64,000 bases of DNA from Candidatus Falkowbacteria bacterium (GTDB taxonomy: Bacteria; Patescibacteriota; Patescibacteriia; Patescibacteriales; UBA12465): NCBI GenBank assembly GCA_016432645.1, contig CP066698.1:837062-901061 (forward strand), given 5' to 3'. The notes beneath the pieces are model-generated. The model had not been told where the DNA came from and ran no database searches. It saw only the letters and a list, made by a program, of their open reading frames with translations. Of the stretch, positions 20,242 to 30,418 are shown piece after piece (position 1 is the stretch's first letter; every line of letters begins with the position of its first letter). The position numbers and the translations under genes were made by a program.

Positions 20242-21435
20242 ATGGCTGAAGTAAAACCAGAAATAGAAACATTTGCAAAAATAAAAGTAGTCGGTGTCGG
20301 CGGCGGCGGTAATTCGGCTATTAACCGCATGGTTGATAGTGGAATTAAGGGCGTTGGTTTTGTCGCCATTAATACCGATATTCAGGCTTTGCATTATAAT
20401 AAAGCCAGCGAGAAAATTCATATCGGTAAAACAGTGACCAGAGGTTTAGGCGCCGGCATGAATCCAGAATTGGGAAAATCAGCCGCGGAAGAATCGGCTA
20501 ATGAAGTTAAGGAATCGCTCAAGGGCTGTGACATGGTGTTTGTAACTTGCGGACTTGGTGGTGGAACTGGTACTGGTGCTTCGCCGGTAGTAGCCCAAAT
20601 TGCCAAGGAGCAAGGGGCTCTAACTGTTGCAGTCGTTACTAAACCTTTTATGTTTGAAGGCGGTCAGCGCAAGAATATCGCTGACAGGGGCTATGCTGAA
20701 CTCGCAGACAAGGTTGATACCATTATTACGATTTCCAATGATAAATTATTGCAAGTGATTGATAAAAAGACTTCGTTATTAGAAGCTTTTAAAACTGCGG
20801 ATGATGTCCTGCGCCAAGGTGTTCAGGGAATTGCCGAAATTATAACCGTGCCGGGTATTATTAATGCCGACTTTGCTGACGTAAAAGCCATTATGTCTAA
20901 TGCTGGTTCGGCTTTGATGGGGATTGGTACTGCTTCGGGTGAGAATAAAGCGGTGGAAGCGGCTAAACAAGCCATAAACTCAACCTTATTGGATATGTCG
21001 ATTGATGGTGCTCGGGGAATTGTCTTTACGATTACTGGTGGTGCTGATTTGAGTATGACGGAAGTAAGCGAAGCGGCTAAAGTTATTACCTCGGCCGCTG
21101 ATGAAGAAGCTAAAATTATTTTTGGCGCCGTGATTGATGAAAAATTAAAAGATCAAATTAAGATAACGGTCGTGGCCACCGGATTTGACGGCCACAGCAA
21201 GAGTCAAAAAGGAGAAACTTCCAAGTCCTCCTATACCCCCAATACTTTCATTGCCGAAAAAGAAACTGAAAAAGAAGATCTGGCGGCGCGAGAAGATCGC
21301 AATAAAGCAAAATTTTCCTCTGTCTTTAAAAATTTACCGCTAAAGCCGACGATTCCCGAGAAGAAAGTAGAAAAACCCGTTAATGAAGATGATGATTTGA
21401 GTGTCCCGGCTTTTATTCGGAAGAAGATGGGGTAA
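20242..21435 (+). CDS. ftsZ: Cell division protein FtsZ
   Basis: [16 protein letters not shown] tubulin signature, NADFADV, C-terminal VPAFIRK. Confidence 0.99.
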   Translation: MAEVKPEIETFAKIKVVGVGGGGNSAINRMVDSGIKGVGFVAINTDIQALHYNKASEKIHIGKTVTRGLGAGMNPELGKSAAEESANEVKESLKGCDMVFVTCGLGGGTGTGASPVVAQIAKEQGALTVAVVTKPFMFEGGQRKNIADRGYAELADKVDTIITISNDKLLQVIDKKTSLLEAFKTADDVLRQGVQGIAEIITVPGIINADFADVKAIMSNAGSALMGIGTASGENKAVEAAKQAINSTLLDMSIDGARGIVFTITGGADLSMTEVSEAAKVITSAADEEAKIIFGAVIDEKLKDQIKITVVATGFDGHSKSQKGETSKSSYTPNTFIAEKETEKEDLAAREDRNKAKFSSVFKNLPLKPTIPEKKVEKPVNEDDDLSVPAFIRKKMG

Positions 21436-21451
21436 AAGATAAGAAAAATTT

Positions 21452-21486
21452 AAAAAGAGACGCCACGGAATCGGCGCCTCTTTTTT
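21452..21486 (+). terminator. Intrinsic terminator after ftsZ
   Basis: AAAAAGAGACGCC...GGCGCCTCTTTTTT. Confidence 0.75.
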
Positions 21487-21496
21487 ATTTTATAGA

Positions 21497-21552
21497 TTGA
21501 CTCCCTTTCTGTAGTGATGTATGATTAATTTAGACACCTGGGGGGTAGGTGT
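21497..21552 (+). promoter_or_regulatory. copA promoter with CsoR-like operator
   Basis: TTGACT-17-TATGAT, followed by ACACCT-GGGGGGT-AGGTGT (inverted repeat around a G-tract, as in CsoR/RcnR operators). Confidence 0.6.
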
Positions 21553-21589
21553 TAAAATAAGTAGTAAAAAAGTTTTATATAAATAATTT

Positions 21590-24349
21590 ATGGAAAATAA
21601 TAAAATAGCGGCCGATGTTTCTGCTCAGCGGGTTAATTTAGCGTTATCAGGAATGCATTGCGCTTCTTGCGCTAATTTAATCGAGAAGTCATTAAAGAAG
21701 CTTCCGGGCGTAAAACAAGCCAGTGTTAATTTTGCCGCCGAGAAAGCCAGTATTTTTTACAATAGCACTGAAGTAAAAATTGCATCTTTGCTCCAAGCTG
21801 TTAAAAAAGCCGGATACTATGCGGAAGAAATAGATGTTCAAGATGCTGATTTTGAGAAACGTAGGCAAGAAAAAGAAATTAAAAAATACGCGCAAAAATT
21901 TTGGTTCAGTTTCTTTTTTAGCTTGCCGATGTTGTATTTCATGCTTTTGGACTTTTTTGCTATTCCTGGAAAGACAGCATTACTGCCCTATGTGGGGATT
22001 ATTTCTTTGTTGTTAACTATCCCTATCCAATTTGTGGTGGGAGCCGGTTTTTATAAAGGCTTTTGGTCAAGCTTAAAAATGAAAACTTTTAACATGGATA
22101 GTTTGGTCGCGATTGGCACCTCCACTGCTTTTATTTATAGCTTGGCAAACTTCATTAGTTACTTTATAAAAACGGATTCCCTTATCGGCTTAGGCGGGAA
22201 AATTCCAGAACTATATTTTGAAACTGCTGCTTATCTTATAACTTTTGTGGTCTTGGGTAAATGGTTGGAAATTAGAACTAAAAGCAGGACCGGGGATGCT
22301 ATTAAAAGATTAATGGGGTTGAAGGCTAAAACGGCGCGGGTTATTCGCCATAGACAAACGTTGGATATCGCTTTAGAAGAGGTCGTTTGCGGGGATATTA
22401 TTCTAGTTCGTCCTGGCGAGAAGATTCCGGTCGATGGCAAAATAGTTAAAGGTTCTTCAGCAGTTGATGAGTCAATGATTAGCGGCGAGAGTTTGCCGAT
22501 AGAAAAAATGGTTGGCGATTCAGTTATTGGTAGTACAATCAATAAAACCGGCAGCTTTGAATTTGAAGCAGTGAGAGTCGGTAGCGAGACTATCCTGGCG
22601 CGGATAATTAGGCTGATTGAGGATGCCCAAGGATCTAAAGCTCCTATCCAAGGATTTGCTGATCGAATAGCCGCCGTTTTCGTGCCCATTGTTATTGGGC
22701 TCGCCGTGCTTACTTTTTTGGTCTGGTTTTTCTTATTGGGTTCGACACTTTCTTTTGCCTTAATGGCTTTTACTTCGGTAATTGTAATTGCCTGTCCTTG
22801 CGCCTTAGGTTTAGCTACACCAACTTCGCTTATGGTCGGTACCGGCAAGGGAGCGGAATATGGAATATTAATAAAAGGTGGAGAGCCGCTACAGGCGGCT
22901 GGTCATATTAAAGTCATTATTTTTGATAAGACCGGAACTTTAACTAAGGGCCAGCCGGAAGTGACTGATATTATTGCCTTAGAGAAAATGGCTGAAGCGG
23001 ATGTTTTAGCGATAGCAGCCAGCTTGGAAAAACTATCTGAGCATCCGCTCGCTGAAGCAATTTTCACTCGGGCTGACAGACAATCGGTTTCTCTTAAGGA
23101 AATAAACAATTTCTCGGCCATCCCTGGTCTTGGGGTTCACGGGGAGATTGCCGGGGTAGATTATTATTTTGGTAATCGCCGCCTAATAACGGAAAAATTG
23201 GGACATGTAATTGATGCTATTTATAATCAATTAGTGGAACTAGAATCTCAGGGGAAAACAGTCATACTCTTGGCTACTAAAGATAAAGTGATTGGGGGGA
23301 TTGCAGTTGCCGACACCGTTAAAAGTACTTCAGCAGAAGCAGTTGCCAAATTAAAAAAGTTAGGTCTCCTGGTTTATATGATAACCGGCGACAATGAACG
23401 CACCGCCAAGACCATCGCCGCCCAAGTGGGTATCGATAATATTTTGGCCGAAGTTTTGCCTGAAGATAAGGCTAATGAGGTCAAAAAGCTCCAGGAACGC
23501 GGGTATAAGGTAGCAATGGTGGGAGATGGCATTAATGACGCGCCGGCGCTTGCCCAGGCCGATTTGGGCATTGCCATGGGGTCTGGTACAGACGTCGCGA
23601 TGGAGGCTGGAGGGATTGTTATTATAAAAAATGATTTAAATGATGTTGTCACCGCTTTTCAACTGGCACGTGAAACTATGGGTAAGATTAAACAGAATAT
23701 GTTTTTTGCTCTGTTTTATAATGTTATTGGCATTCCGATTGCCGCTCGAATTTTTATGTCTTTCGGTTTGGTTCTAAAGCCGGAATTGGCCGGCTTAGCC
23801 ATGGCCTTCAGTTCTATTTCGGTGGTCGGGAATTCTTTGCTCTTGCGATATTTTAAACCCAGTAAAAGGAACTATTTATCGCTTATTGCTCCCGTGCTTA
23901 TGATTATTGTTTTTAGCTTTGGTTTTTGGGAGTTTGCTAAGCTCAGCTCTAATATGGAAGCAGGCAGCATGCAAGTTTTGTTAGTTTCTAAACAGAAGGC
24001 CGCTGATTTTGATGTCTTTATTGCCGAGCATGAAGCCAAAATTAACTTTCTCGATGGTCAGCCAAAATTATTTTTAGGAATTGACGTTTTTCCGAGCGAT
24101 ATAAGGCTTGATGAAGGGTCGCTGGTTTTAGGGGATAACGAAATGGTCATTGGCTATAATGAGGCGATGATGATGAAGAAAGAAAAACTCATTCAGGGGT
24201 CGGGTGACAGCCTGAAAGACTTCTTCGGTTTATCAAGTGTTAAGGTTGTCGGTATTTTGGAGCAAACTGGAACACCAATGGATGATTATCATTTTGTTAA
24301 TCAGGCGACGCTGGCTAAAATAAGCGGTGCTTCTGCGTCAAAGCCTTAA
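21590..24349 (+). CDS. copA: Cu(I)-translocating P1B-type ATPase with an extra C-terminal TM and soluble domain
   Basis: [36 protein letters not shown] and MAFSS motifs. Confidence 0.93.
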   Translation: MENNKIAADVSAQRVNLALSGMHCASCANLIEKSLKKLPGVKQASVNFAAEKASIFYNSTEVKIASLLQAVKKAGYYAEEIDVQDADFEKRRQEKEIKKYAQKFWFSFFFSLPMLYFMLLDFFAIPGKTALLPYVGIISLLLTIPIQFVVGAGFYKGFWSSLKMKTFNMDSLVAIGTSTAFIYSLANFISYFIKTDSLIGLGGKIPELYFETAAYLITFVVLGKWLEIRTKSRTGDAIKRLMGLKAKTARVIRHRQTLDIALEEVVCGDIILVRPGEKIPVDGKIVKGSSAVDESMISGESLPIEKMVGDSVIGSTINKTGSFEFEAVRVGSETILARIIRLIEDAQGSKAPIQGFADRIAAVFVPIVIGLAVLTFLVWFFLLGSTLSFALMAFTSVIVIACPCALGLATPTSLMVGTGKGAEYGILIKGGEPLQAAGHIKVIIFDKTGTLTKGQPEVTDIIALEKMAEADVLAIAASLEKLSEHPLAEAIFTRADRQSVSLKEINNFSAIPGLGVHGEIAGVDYYFGNRRLITEKLGHVIDAIYNQLVELESQGKTVILLATKDKVIGGIAVADTVKSTSAEAVAKLKKLGLLVYMITGDNERTAKTIAAQVGIDNILAEVLPEDKANEVKKLQERGYKVAMVGDGINDAPALAQADLGIAMGSGTDVAMEAGGIVIIKNDLNDVVTAFQLARETMGKIKQNMFFALFYNVIGIPIAARIFMSFGLVLKPELAGLAMAFSSISVVGNSLLLRYFKPSKRNYLSLIAPVLMIIVFSFGFWEFAKLSSNMEAGSMQVLLVSKQKAADFDVFIAEHEAKINFLDGQPKLFLGIDVFPSDIRLDEGSLVLGDNEMVIGYNEAMMMKKEKLIQGSGDSLKDFFGLSSVKVVGILEQTGTPMDDYHFVNQATLAKISGASASKP

Positions 24350-24365
24350 TAAGATTAAAAATGAT

Positions 24366-24374
24366 TGTGGATAA
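24366..24374 (-). promoter_or_regulatory. Perfect DnaA box (TTATCCACA)
   Basis: TGTGGATAA on the + strand, upstream of the nrdR-nrdD promoter. Confidence 0.5.
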
Positions 24375-24415
24375 CTTTAAATAATTTTTATAATTATTTG
24401 AAAATTAGCAAAATC

Positions 24416-24453
24416 GGGGTCACTTTGACCCCTTTTTTAAAATTTGCTAAAAT
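24416..24453 (+). promoter_or_regulatory. copA terminator hairpin overlapping the nrdR promoter
   Basis: GGGGTCA-CTT-TGACCCC-TTTTTT; TTGACC-17-(TGc)TAAAAT. Confidence 0.6.
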
Positions 24454-24461
24454 AGCATCAG

Positions 24462-24509
24462 ACACAAGATTTAGTGGGTCACATAGAAAAGCCCCACAAA
24501 ATATAGGTT
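24462..24509 (+). promoter_or_regulatory. Tandem NrdR boxes
   Basis: ACACAAGATTTAGTGG (24462) and CCACAAAATATAGGTT (24494) start 32 bp apart and resemble the acaCwAtATaTwGtg consensus; directly upstream of nrdR-nrdD. Confidence 0.8.
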
Positions 24510-24557
24510 TTTACTAGGTTTTTCAAAGATTTTTTTAAAATTTAAGCTTAAAGCTTT

Positions 24558-25016
24558 ATGAAATGCCCAATTTGCTACTACCCTGATACCAAGGTAGTTG
24601 ATTCTCGGGTGGCTTCCGATGGATTATCGATTCGTCGGCGGCGTGAATGTCTAAAATGCTCTTTCCGTTTCTCTACCTATGAAGAAATAGAATTGTTGGA
24701 TTTAGTGATTGTTAAGCGTGATGGGCGTCGCGAATCCTATAGCCGCGAAAAATTGGTCGGGGGTTTAAAAAAATCTTGCGAGAAGCGCCCGATTACCGAA
24801 GACTTATTTAAAAAATTAGTACACTCCACCGAACGTGATTTACAGAGACTGAAGAAGACCGAAATAACTTCCAAACAAATCGGTCAAGCAGTCATGAAAA
24901 ATTTAAAAAAATTAGACCCGGTTGCTTATATTCGTTATGCCTCGGTTTATGAATCCTTTAAGGATGCTCAGGAATTCCGCAAGGAGCTTAATAAGCTCAT
25001 TAAAGAAAAAAAATAA
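24558..25016 (+). CDS. nrdR: Transcriptional repressor NrdR
   Basis: MKCPIC..VVDSR..IRRRRECLKC..RFSTYE, ATP-cone, VAYIRYASVY. Confidence 0.98.
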   Translation: MKCPICYYPDTKVVDSRVASDGLSIRRRRECLKCSFRFSTYEEIELLDLVIVKRDGRRESYSREKLVGGLKKSCEKRPITEDLFKKLVHSTERDLQRLKKTEITSKQIGQAVMKNLKKLDPVAYIRYASVYESFKDAQEFRKELNKLIKEKK

Positions 25017-25044
25017 TTAATCACATATTTTCATTTCAATTCCT

Positions 25045-27105
25045 ATGCCAGAGACTATCAGTAAAATCATTAAACGATCGGGAGAAATCGCAGATTTCAA
25101 TCAAGAAAAAATTAATAAAGCGATTTACAAAGCCGCTTTTGCTACCGGCCTGGATGATAAGCATCTGGCTAAAAAATTAACCGACCAAGTGGTCATGAAG
25201 GTTAATTCTAAATTTCATAAAAATAGTATCCCGGCAGTTGAGGAAATTCAGGATATCGTTGAAGAGGTGCTCCTGGAAAATAAACAGATTAAGGTCGCCA
25301 AAAATTATATTTTATACCGTGACCAGCACCGTCAATTACGCGATATTAATAACGCTACCGCCGATGAGAAGCTAATGGAAGATTATTTAGGGCGTGCCGA
25401 TTGGCGCCTTAAGGAGAATAGCAACATGAGTTTTTCTGTTCAGGGTTTGAATAATTATATTGCTTCCGCTATTTCGGCTAAATATTGGTTGAACAAGATG
25501 TATCCAGAAAACATTCGCCAAGCTCATGTTAACGGCGATTTGCATATCCATGATTTAGGATTATTAGCGCCTTATTGCTGCGGTTGGGATTTGAAAGACT
25601 TGTTGATTAAGGGTTTTAAGGGGGTCAGTGAAAAAGTTCAGAGCAATGCCCCTAAGCATTTTCGAAGCGCTCTTGGCCAGATTGTTAACTTTTTTTATAC
25701 TCTTCAGGGGGAAGCGGCTGGTGCTCAGGCTTTTGCTAATTTTGATACTTACCTCTCGCCCTTTATTCGTTATGATAATTTGAGTTATGAAGAAGTTAAG
25801 CAGGGATTACAAGAATTCATGTTTAACATCAATGTCCCGACTAGAGTCGGCTTTCAGACTCCTTTTACCAATGTTACTTTGGATGTTACCCCTTCGCCGA
25901 TGATTGGCGAAGAAAACGTAATCATCGGCGGCAAAATCATGCCGGAGAAATATAAGGACTTTCAAAAAGAAATGGACATGTTTAATCAGGCTTTTGCAGA
26001 AGTCATGTTAGCCGGCGATTCTACTGGGCGTGTCTTTGGTTTTCCAATCCCGACTTATAATGTTGATAAGGATTTTGATTGGGACCGAGAATGTTTGAAG
26101 CCGGCTTGGGAAATGACCGCCAAATATGGCATCCCATATTTTTCTAATTTTGTTAATTCTGATATGAATCGCGACGATGCTCGCTCTATGTGCTGCCGTT
26201 TGCGTTTGGATAATCGAGAATTAAGAAAGCGTGGCGGCGGTCTATTTGGCGCCAACCCGCTTACCGGTTCTTTAGGAGTAGTAACCATCAATTTGCCGCG
26301 TTTAGGTTATTTGTCTAAAACAAAAGAAGAATTTAAAAAGAAACTGGTTAATCTCATGGAGATTGCCAAAGAGAGCTTGGAAATTAAGCGTAAAATTATT
26401 GAAAAATTTACCGATGACCGTTTGTACCCTTACTCCATGTATTATCTAGAAAATATTAAGGCCCGTTTCGGAGACTACTGGCGCAATCATTTCTCCACTA
26501 TTGGAATTAACGGGATGAACGAAGCCGCCCTTAATTTAATGGGCAAAGATATTTCTACCCCGGAAGGACATGCCTTTGCGGCCGAAATTCTGGATTTCAT
26601 GAGAGAAAAATTAATGGATTTCCAGAACGAGACCAATAACCTTTATAATTTAGAAGCCACTCCGGGAGAAGGCTGTACCTATCGCTTTGCCAAAAAAGAC
26701 CAGCAAATTTATCCGGGGATAATTTGTTCTAATACGGAGGCGGTCCAAAAATTTAAGGCTGATCCTTATTATACCAACTCCACCCATCTTCACGTTAGTT
26801 ATACTGATGATATTTTTTCCGCACTTGATTTACAGGATGATTTACAAACTAAATATACCGGAGGTACAGTTCTTCATGGCTATTTAGGAGAGCGAATGTC
26901 AAATGGCGATGCGGCTAAGAAATTAGTCCAAAAGATTGTTAATAACTATAAACTTCCTTATTTCACAATTACTCCAACCTTTTCAATTTGTCCTAAACAT
27001 GGTTATTTATCCGGTGAACATAAATATTGTCCGAAGTGCGATGAAGAATTGGGTTTTAAAGAAAGTGTGGAAGATATCCGTTTGGCCGAACAAAATCAGC
27101 TATAA
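25045..27105 (+). CDS. nrdD: Class III anaerobic ribonucleoside-triphosphate reductase, catalytic part lacking the glycyl-radical tail
   Basis: N-terminal ATP cone, HIHDL, PYCCGW, SMCCRL thiyl loop, EATPGE, CPKHG..CPKC; no RxxGY motif at its C-terminus. Confidence 0.95.
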   Translation: MPETISKIIKRSGEIADFNQEKINKAIYKAAFATGLDDKHLAKKLTDQVVMKVNSKFHKNSIPAVEEIQDIVEEVLLENKQIKVAKNYILYRDQHRQLRDINNATADEKLMEDYLGRADWRLKENSNMSFSVQGLNNYIASAISAKYWLNKMYPENIRQAHVNGDLHIHDLGLLAPYCCGWDLKDLLIKGFKGVSEKVQSNAPKHFRSALGQIVNFFYTLQGEAAGAQAFANFDTYLSPFIRYDNLSYEEVKQGLQEFMFNINVPTRVGFQTPFTNVTLDVTPSPMIGEENVIIGGKIMPEKYKDFQKEMDMFNQAFAEVMLAGDSTGRVFGFPIPTYNVDKDFDWDRECLKPAWEMTAKYGIPYFSNFVNSDMNRDDARSMCCRLRLDNRELRKRGGGLFGANPLTGSLGVVTINLPRLGYLSKTKEEFKKKLVNLMEIAKESLEIKRKIIEKFTDDRLYPYSMYYLENIKARFGDYWRNHFSTIGINGMNEAALNLMGKDISTPEGHAFAAEILDFMREKLMDFQNETNNLYNLEATPGEGCTYRFAKKDQQIYPGIICSNTEAVQKFKADPYYTNSTHLHVSYTDDIFSALDLQDDLQTKYTGGTVLHGYLGERMSNGDAAKKLVQKIVNNYKLPYFTITPTFSICPKHGYLSGEHKYCPKCDEELGFKESVEDIRLAEQNQL

Positions 27106-27210
27106 AAACCAAGTTTAACAGCCATTGTAATTTGTAAAATTATAATTTATAATATAAATACCAACCGCTTCTGATTTTAGAAATAGAAGTAGCTGGTAGA
27201 CATAAAAAAT

Positions 27211-27351
27211 ATGAGCCCTATACAAACTCAAAGACAAGAATGTATCGTCTACAGCCGTGTTGTCGGCTGGCTAACTCCCGTAAAAAACTATAATCCTGGG
27301 AAAGCCAGTGAGTATAAGGATCGTAAGACTTTTAAAGTTTGCGCTGAATAA
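27211..27351 (+). CDS. Stand-alone NrdD glycyl-radical domain (46 aa; absent from the ORF track)
   Basis: Translates MSPIQTQRQECIVYSRVVGWLTPVKNYNPGKASEYKDRKTFKVCAE*, matching the NrdD C-terminus (C.VYSRVVGY.RPV..WN.GK..EF.DR). Confidence 0.9.
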   Translation: MSPIQTQRQECIVYSRVVGWLTPVKNYNPGKASEYKDRKTFKVCAE

Positions 27352-27360
27352 GTAAGCCCT

Positions 27361-28086
27361 ATGATTATCGGCGGTTTGGAGAAATTATCAATTCTCGACT
27401 ATCCCGATCATCTAGCGGCCATTATCTTTACCCAAGGATGTAATTTCCGATGTCACTTCTGTTATAACCCTATGCTTGTCCTGCCCCGTAAGGGAGAGGA
27501 TGAAAAAAATAAAAAAGAAAAAGGTCTTTCTCCGCTTTCCCCTGAAGACCTTTTTCTTTTTTTAAAGGAAAGATATGGCCGTTTAGACGGCGTAGTCATT
27601 ACCGGCGGGGAGCCGACTTTGCATCCCGACCTGCCTTCTTTTATTAGCCAGATAAAAGCTCTCGGCTATGATATTAAGTTGGACTCTAATGGCACTAATC
27701 CCGAGATGCTTCAGGAATTGATAGCTAAAAAATTGATTGATTATATCGCGATGGATATCAAGGCGCCGCTTGCTAAGTATGAAAATACCGTGAGTGCTAT
27801 TGTCGCCTGTGATAATCTGGAAAAAAGTGTTAAAATTATAATTGAGAGCGGCTTGCCGCATGAGTTCAGAACTACAGTCGTGCCCGGTCTTCTGGATAAA
27901 GAAGATTTTCAGGCAATGGGCGAGTTGATTAAGGGTGCTGATAATTGGTATTTGCAAAAGTTTAAATCTGATACCGATTTAGTTGACGGGGCTTTTCAGG
28001 GAAAAGCTGCTTATACTGACCGGGAAATGGCCGAGTTTGCGGCTATTGGTCGGAAGGCGGCCGGCGTTTGCGAAGTTCGCAGTTGA
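27361..28086 (+). CDS. nrdG: Anaerobic RNR activating enzyme (radical SAM)
   Basis: DYP..LAAIIFTQGCNFRCHFCYNP, ITGGEPT, AMDIKA, EFRTT. Confidence 0.95.
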   Translation: MIIGGLEKLSILDYPDHLAAIIFTQGCNFRCHFCYNPMLVLPRKGEDEKNKKEKGLSPLSPEDLFLFLKERYGRLDGVVITGGEPTLHPDLPSFISQIKALGYDIKLDSNGTNPEMLQELIAKKLIDYIAMDIKAPLAKYENTVSAIVACDNLEKSVKIIIESGLPHEFRTTVVPGLLDKEDFQAMGELIKGADNWYLQKFKSDTDLVDGAFQGKAAYTDREMAEFAAIGRKAAGVCEVRS

Positions 28087-28100
28087 TAAATTATAAAAAT

Positions 28101-28430
28101 ATGATAAAAACCTCATCAGCCGCTACCAGCGGTGAGCCGTTATCAGCCTCCGAAAAATCAGAGGCCGTTATTTCTGGTTTAGAAGCGGAAAAAATTTTAG
28201 AACAATTGCAGCAGGCTGAAAAATTAAATCGGGAAATATTGAGATCAGTAAAATTTATTAAGCACTATTTTGCTTGGCAATCAGTAATGTCAGCCATTAA
28301 ATATTCCCTATTAGCCGCTGTTATTATTTTGGGCGTAGTTTCTTGGCGCAGTATTGTTGATTATACCAGCCAAGCAATTGGGAATTCTCTGGTCGGCGTT
28401 AGTGTCCCCGGGGGCACGATTTTTAAGTAA
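28101..28430 (+). CDS. Hypothetical membrane protein
   Basis: Coiled-coil followed by a TM; likely ATG at 28101. Confidence 0.7.
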   Translation: MIKTSSAATSGEPLSASEKSEAVISGLEAEKILEQLQQAEKLNREILRSVKFIKHYFAWQSVMSAIKYSLLAAVIILGVVSWRSIVDYTSQAIGNSLVGVSVPGGTIFK

Positions 28431-28452
28431 TATTATTTTGAGCAAATAAATT

Positions 28453-30414
28453 ATGGCGGGTAATATAGCAGTTTTTGCGCAAACAAATTATCGCAATGAA
28501 TTGAAAAAATTCGGCATCAAAACTGACGACCGCCGCCGCCACATGTATTTGATTGGGAAAACTGGTATGGGCAAGTCCACGGTTTTGGAAAATATGATTG
28601 TAGATGATATCCGTAACGGTTATGGCGTAGCGGTTGTTGATCCGCACGGTGATTTGGCGGAAAAAATAATGGATTATATTCCCAATGACCGTCTTAAAGA
28701 TGTTGTCTATTTTAATCCTTCTGATATCAATTTTCCGATTGCCTTTAACGTTGTGGAGCAAGTTGAGCCGCATTTGCGGCACTTAGTCGCTTCTGGGTTG
28801 ATTGGCGTTTTTCAAAAATTATGGGCCGATTCTTGGGGGCCGCGCTTGGAATATATTTTAAGAAATGCAATTTTAGCGATTTTGGATTTTCCCGGTTCAA
28901 CGCTCTTAGGTGTTGTCCGCATGCTTTCCGATAAGGGTTATCGCAAACGCGTAGTTGCCAATATTACTGATCCGGTCGTGAAGGCATTTTGGGAAAAAGA
29001 ATTTTCCGGTTATGCCGACAAGTTTGCCTCAGAAGCAGTTTCACCTATTCAAAATAAAGTTGGACAGTTTTTGTCCAGCTCCTTGATGCGCAACATTATT
29101 GGTCAGGTTAAATCGGCGATTGATATTCGCGATATTATGGATAACGGCAAGATTTTAATTATGAATCTGTCTAAAGGCCGCATCGGTGAAGATAATTCCG
29201 CACTTTTAGGGGCAATGATGATTACTAAAATCCAGTTAGCGGCTATGAGCCGGGTTGATATTCCGGAAAAAGAGCGCCGTGATTTTTATTTATATATTGA
29301 TGAATTCCAAAATTTTTCCACCGATAGTTTTGCTAATATTTTATCGGAAGCGAGAAAATACCGTTTAAATTTAATTTTAGCGCACCAATATATTGAACAG
29401 TTGAGTGAAAAAGTTAAGCCGGCGGTTTTTGGCAACGTCGGAACTTTAGTTGTTTTTCGAGTTGGCGCGGCTGATGCGGAAGAGCTAGTCAAAGAGTTTA
29501 CCCCGACTTTTACCGAAGAGGATATTGTTAATCTGCCGAAATATGAAATGTATCTGAAGCTAATGATTGACGGGATTGCTTCGTCGCCGTTTTCTGCGAT
29601 TGGTTTACCGCCTTTAAGAATTGATGAACGCACCAATAACACGGAAAAAGTAATTAATTATTCGCGCGAGAAATATGCCAGTGATCGTGAGTCTGTAGAA
29701 GAAAAAATTATGCGCTGGCATGAGAGCTATGGGGAAGATGAAAAGTCAGCGCCTCGAGCCGACATTAGGATTCCAGCCCAGAATTTAGGAGCTAGTCCTA
29801 CTAATGTTTATAGCCCGGCAGTTCCTGTTTCAACTCAGTCTAGCGCTCCTTATCAAAATCAGACGCCCAGTAAGCCGATTTTGAAAGCGCCAAACGCTAA
29901 TTTTCCGGTTTCCCCGTTCAAAGAAAAATCCGGCTATGATGCCGTTTGTGCTAGCTGCGGCGTCGCTACTAAAATTGCCTTTATCCCTGATGGTATCCGC
30001 CCGGTTTATTGTAAGGACTGCTTAAGCAAGAAAAAAGAAGAAAAACGTTTGGAATTAGAAGCGCGCAAACAAGCCAAAGAAATAGAAAGAAAAGGTTTGG
30101 TAGAAGTAAAAGACGAACCAATATTTCAGCCTGAGGCCACCTTATCTTTAGGAGATTTAAATAAAATGGCCCCGGTTGATTTTAAGGGTCGAGTTATTAA
30201 AACCCCGGCTCCTAAAGAGACGTTAAGTTCTAAAGAGGCGCCAATTTTAAAACCGAGCCCCGCTAATTCTAGTCAGCTATCACCCGTAAATAAAAATTCA
30301 ACTGGCAGTAAAAACGACGGGTCGATTCCGGTAGCGGATATTGTCAGCGAGGTGAAGGCGGCTATCGGCCAAGAACAAGATTTGCCGGAAGGAGCCGATA
30401 TTATTATCAAATAA
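28453..30414 (+). CDS. VirD4/TrwB/TraD-like coupling ATPase with a CxxC-x17-CxxC zinc domain
   Basis: Walker A GKTGMGKS, VVDPHGD, Walker B YIDEFQNF, SEARKY, AHQY; CASC...PVYCKDC. Confidence 0.88.
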   Translation: MAGNIAVFAQTNYRNELKKFGIKTDDRRRHMYLIGKTGMGKSTVLENMIVDDIRNGYGVAVVDPHGDLAEKIMDYIPNDRLKDVVYFNPSDINFPIAFNVVEQVEPHLRHLVASGLIGVFQKLWADSWGPRLEYILRNAILAILDFPGSTLLGVVRMLSDKGYRKRVVANITDPVVKAFWEKEFSGYADKFASEAVSPIQNKVGQFLSSSLMRNIIGQVKSAIDIRDIMDNGKILIMNLSKGRIGEDNSALLGAMMITKIQLAAMSRVDIPEKERRDFYLYIDEFQNFSTDSFANILSEARKYRLNLILAHQYIEQLSEKVKPAVFGNVGTLVVFRVGAADAEELVKEFTPTFTEEDIVNLPKYEMYLKLMIDGIASSPFSAIGLPPLRIDERTNNTEKVINYSREKYASDRESVEEKIMRWHESYGEDEKSAPRADIRIPAQNLGASPTNVYSPAVPVSTQSSAPYQNQTPSKPILKAPNANFPVSPFKEKSGYDAVCASCGVATKIAFIPDGIRPVYCKDCLSKKKEEKRLELEARKQAKEIERKGLVEVKDEPIFQPEATLSLGDLNKMAPVDFKGRVIKTPAPKETLSSKEAPILKPSPANSSQLSPVNKNSTGSKNDGSIPVADIVSEVKAAIGQEQDLPEGADIIIK

Positions 30415-30418
30415 GCTT

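Noticed and set aside
24366..24374. Replication origin
   Set aside because: Only one DnaA box, no dnaA/dnaN nearby, and no switch in gene orientation.
27103..27213. Read-through, intron or pseudogene explanation for the nrdD split
   Set aside because: The two ORFs share a frame, but five stops (TAA, TGA, 3x TAG) intervene. The 105 nt are too short for a self-splicing intron, and both parts look intact.
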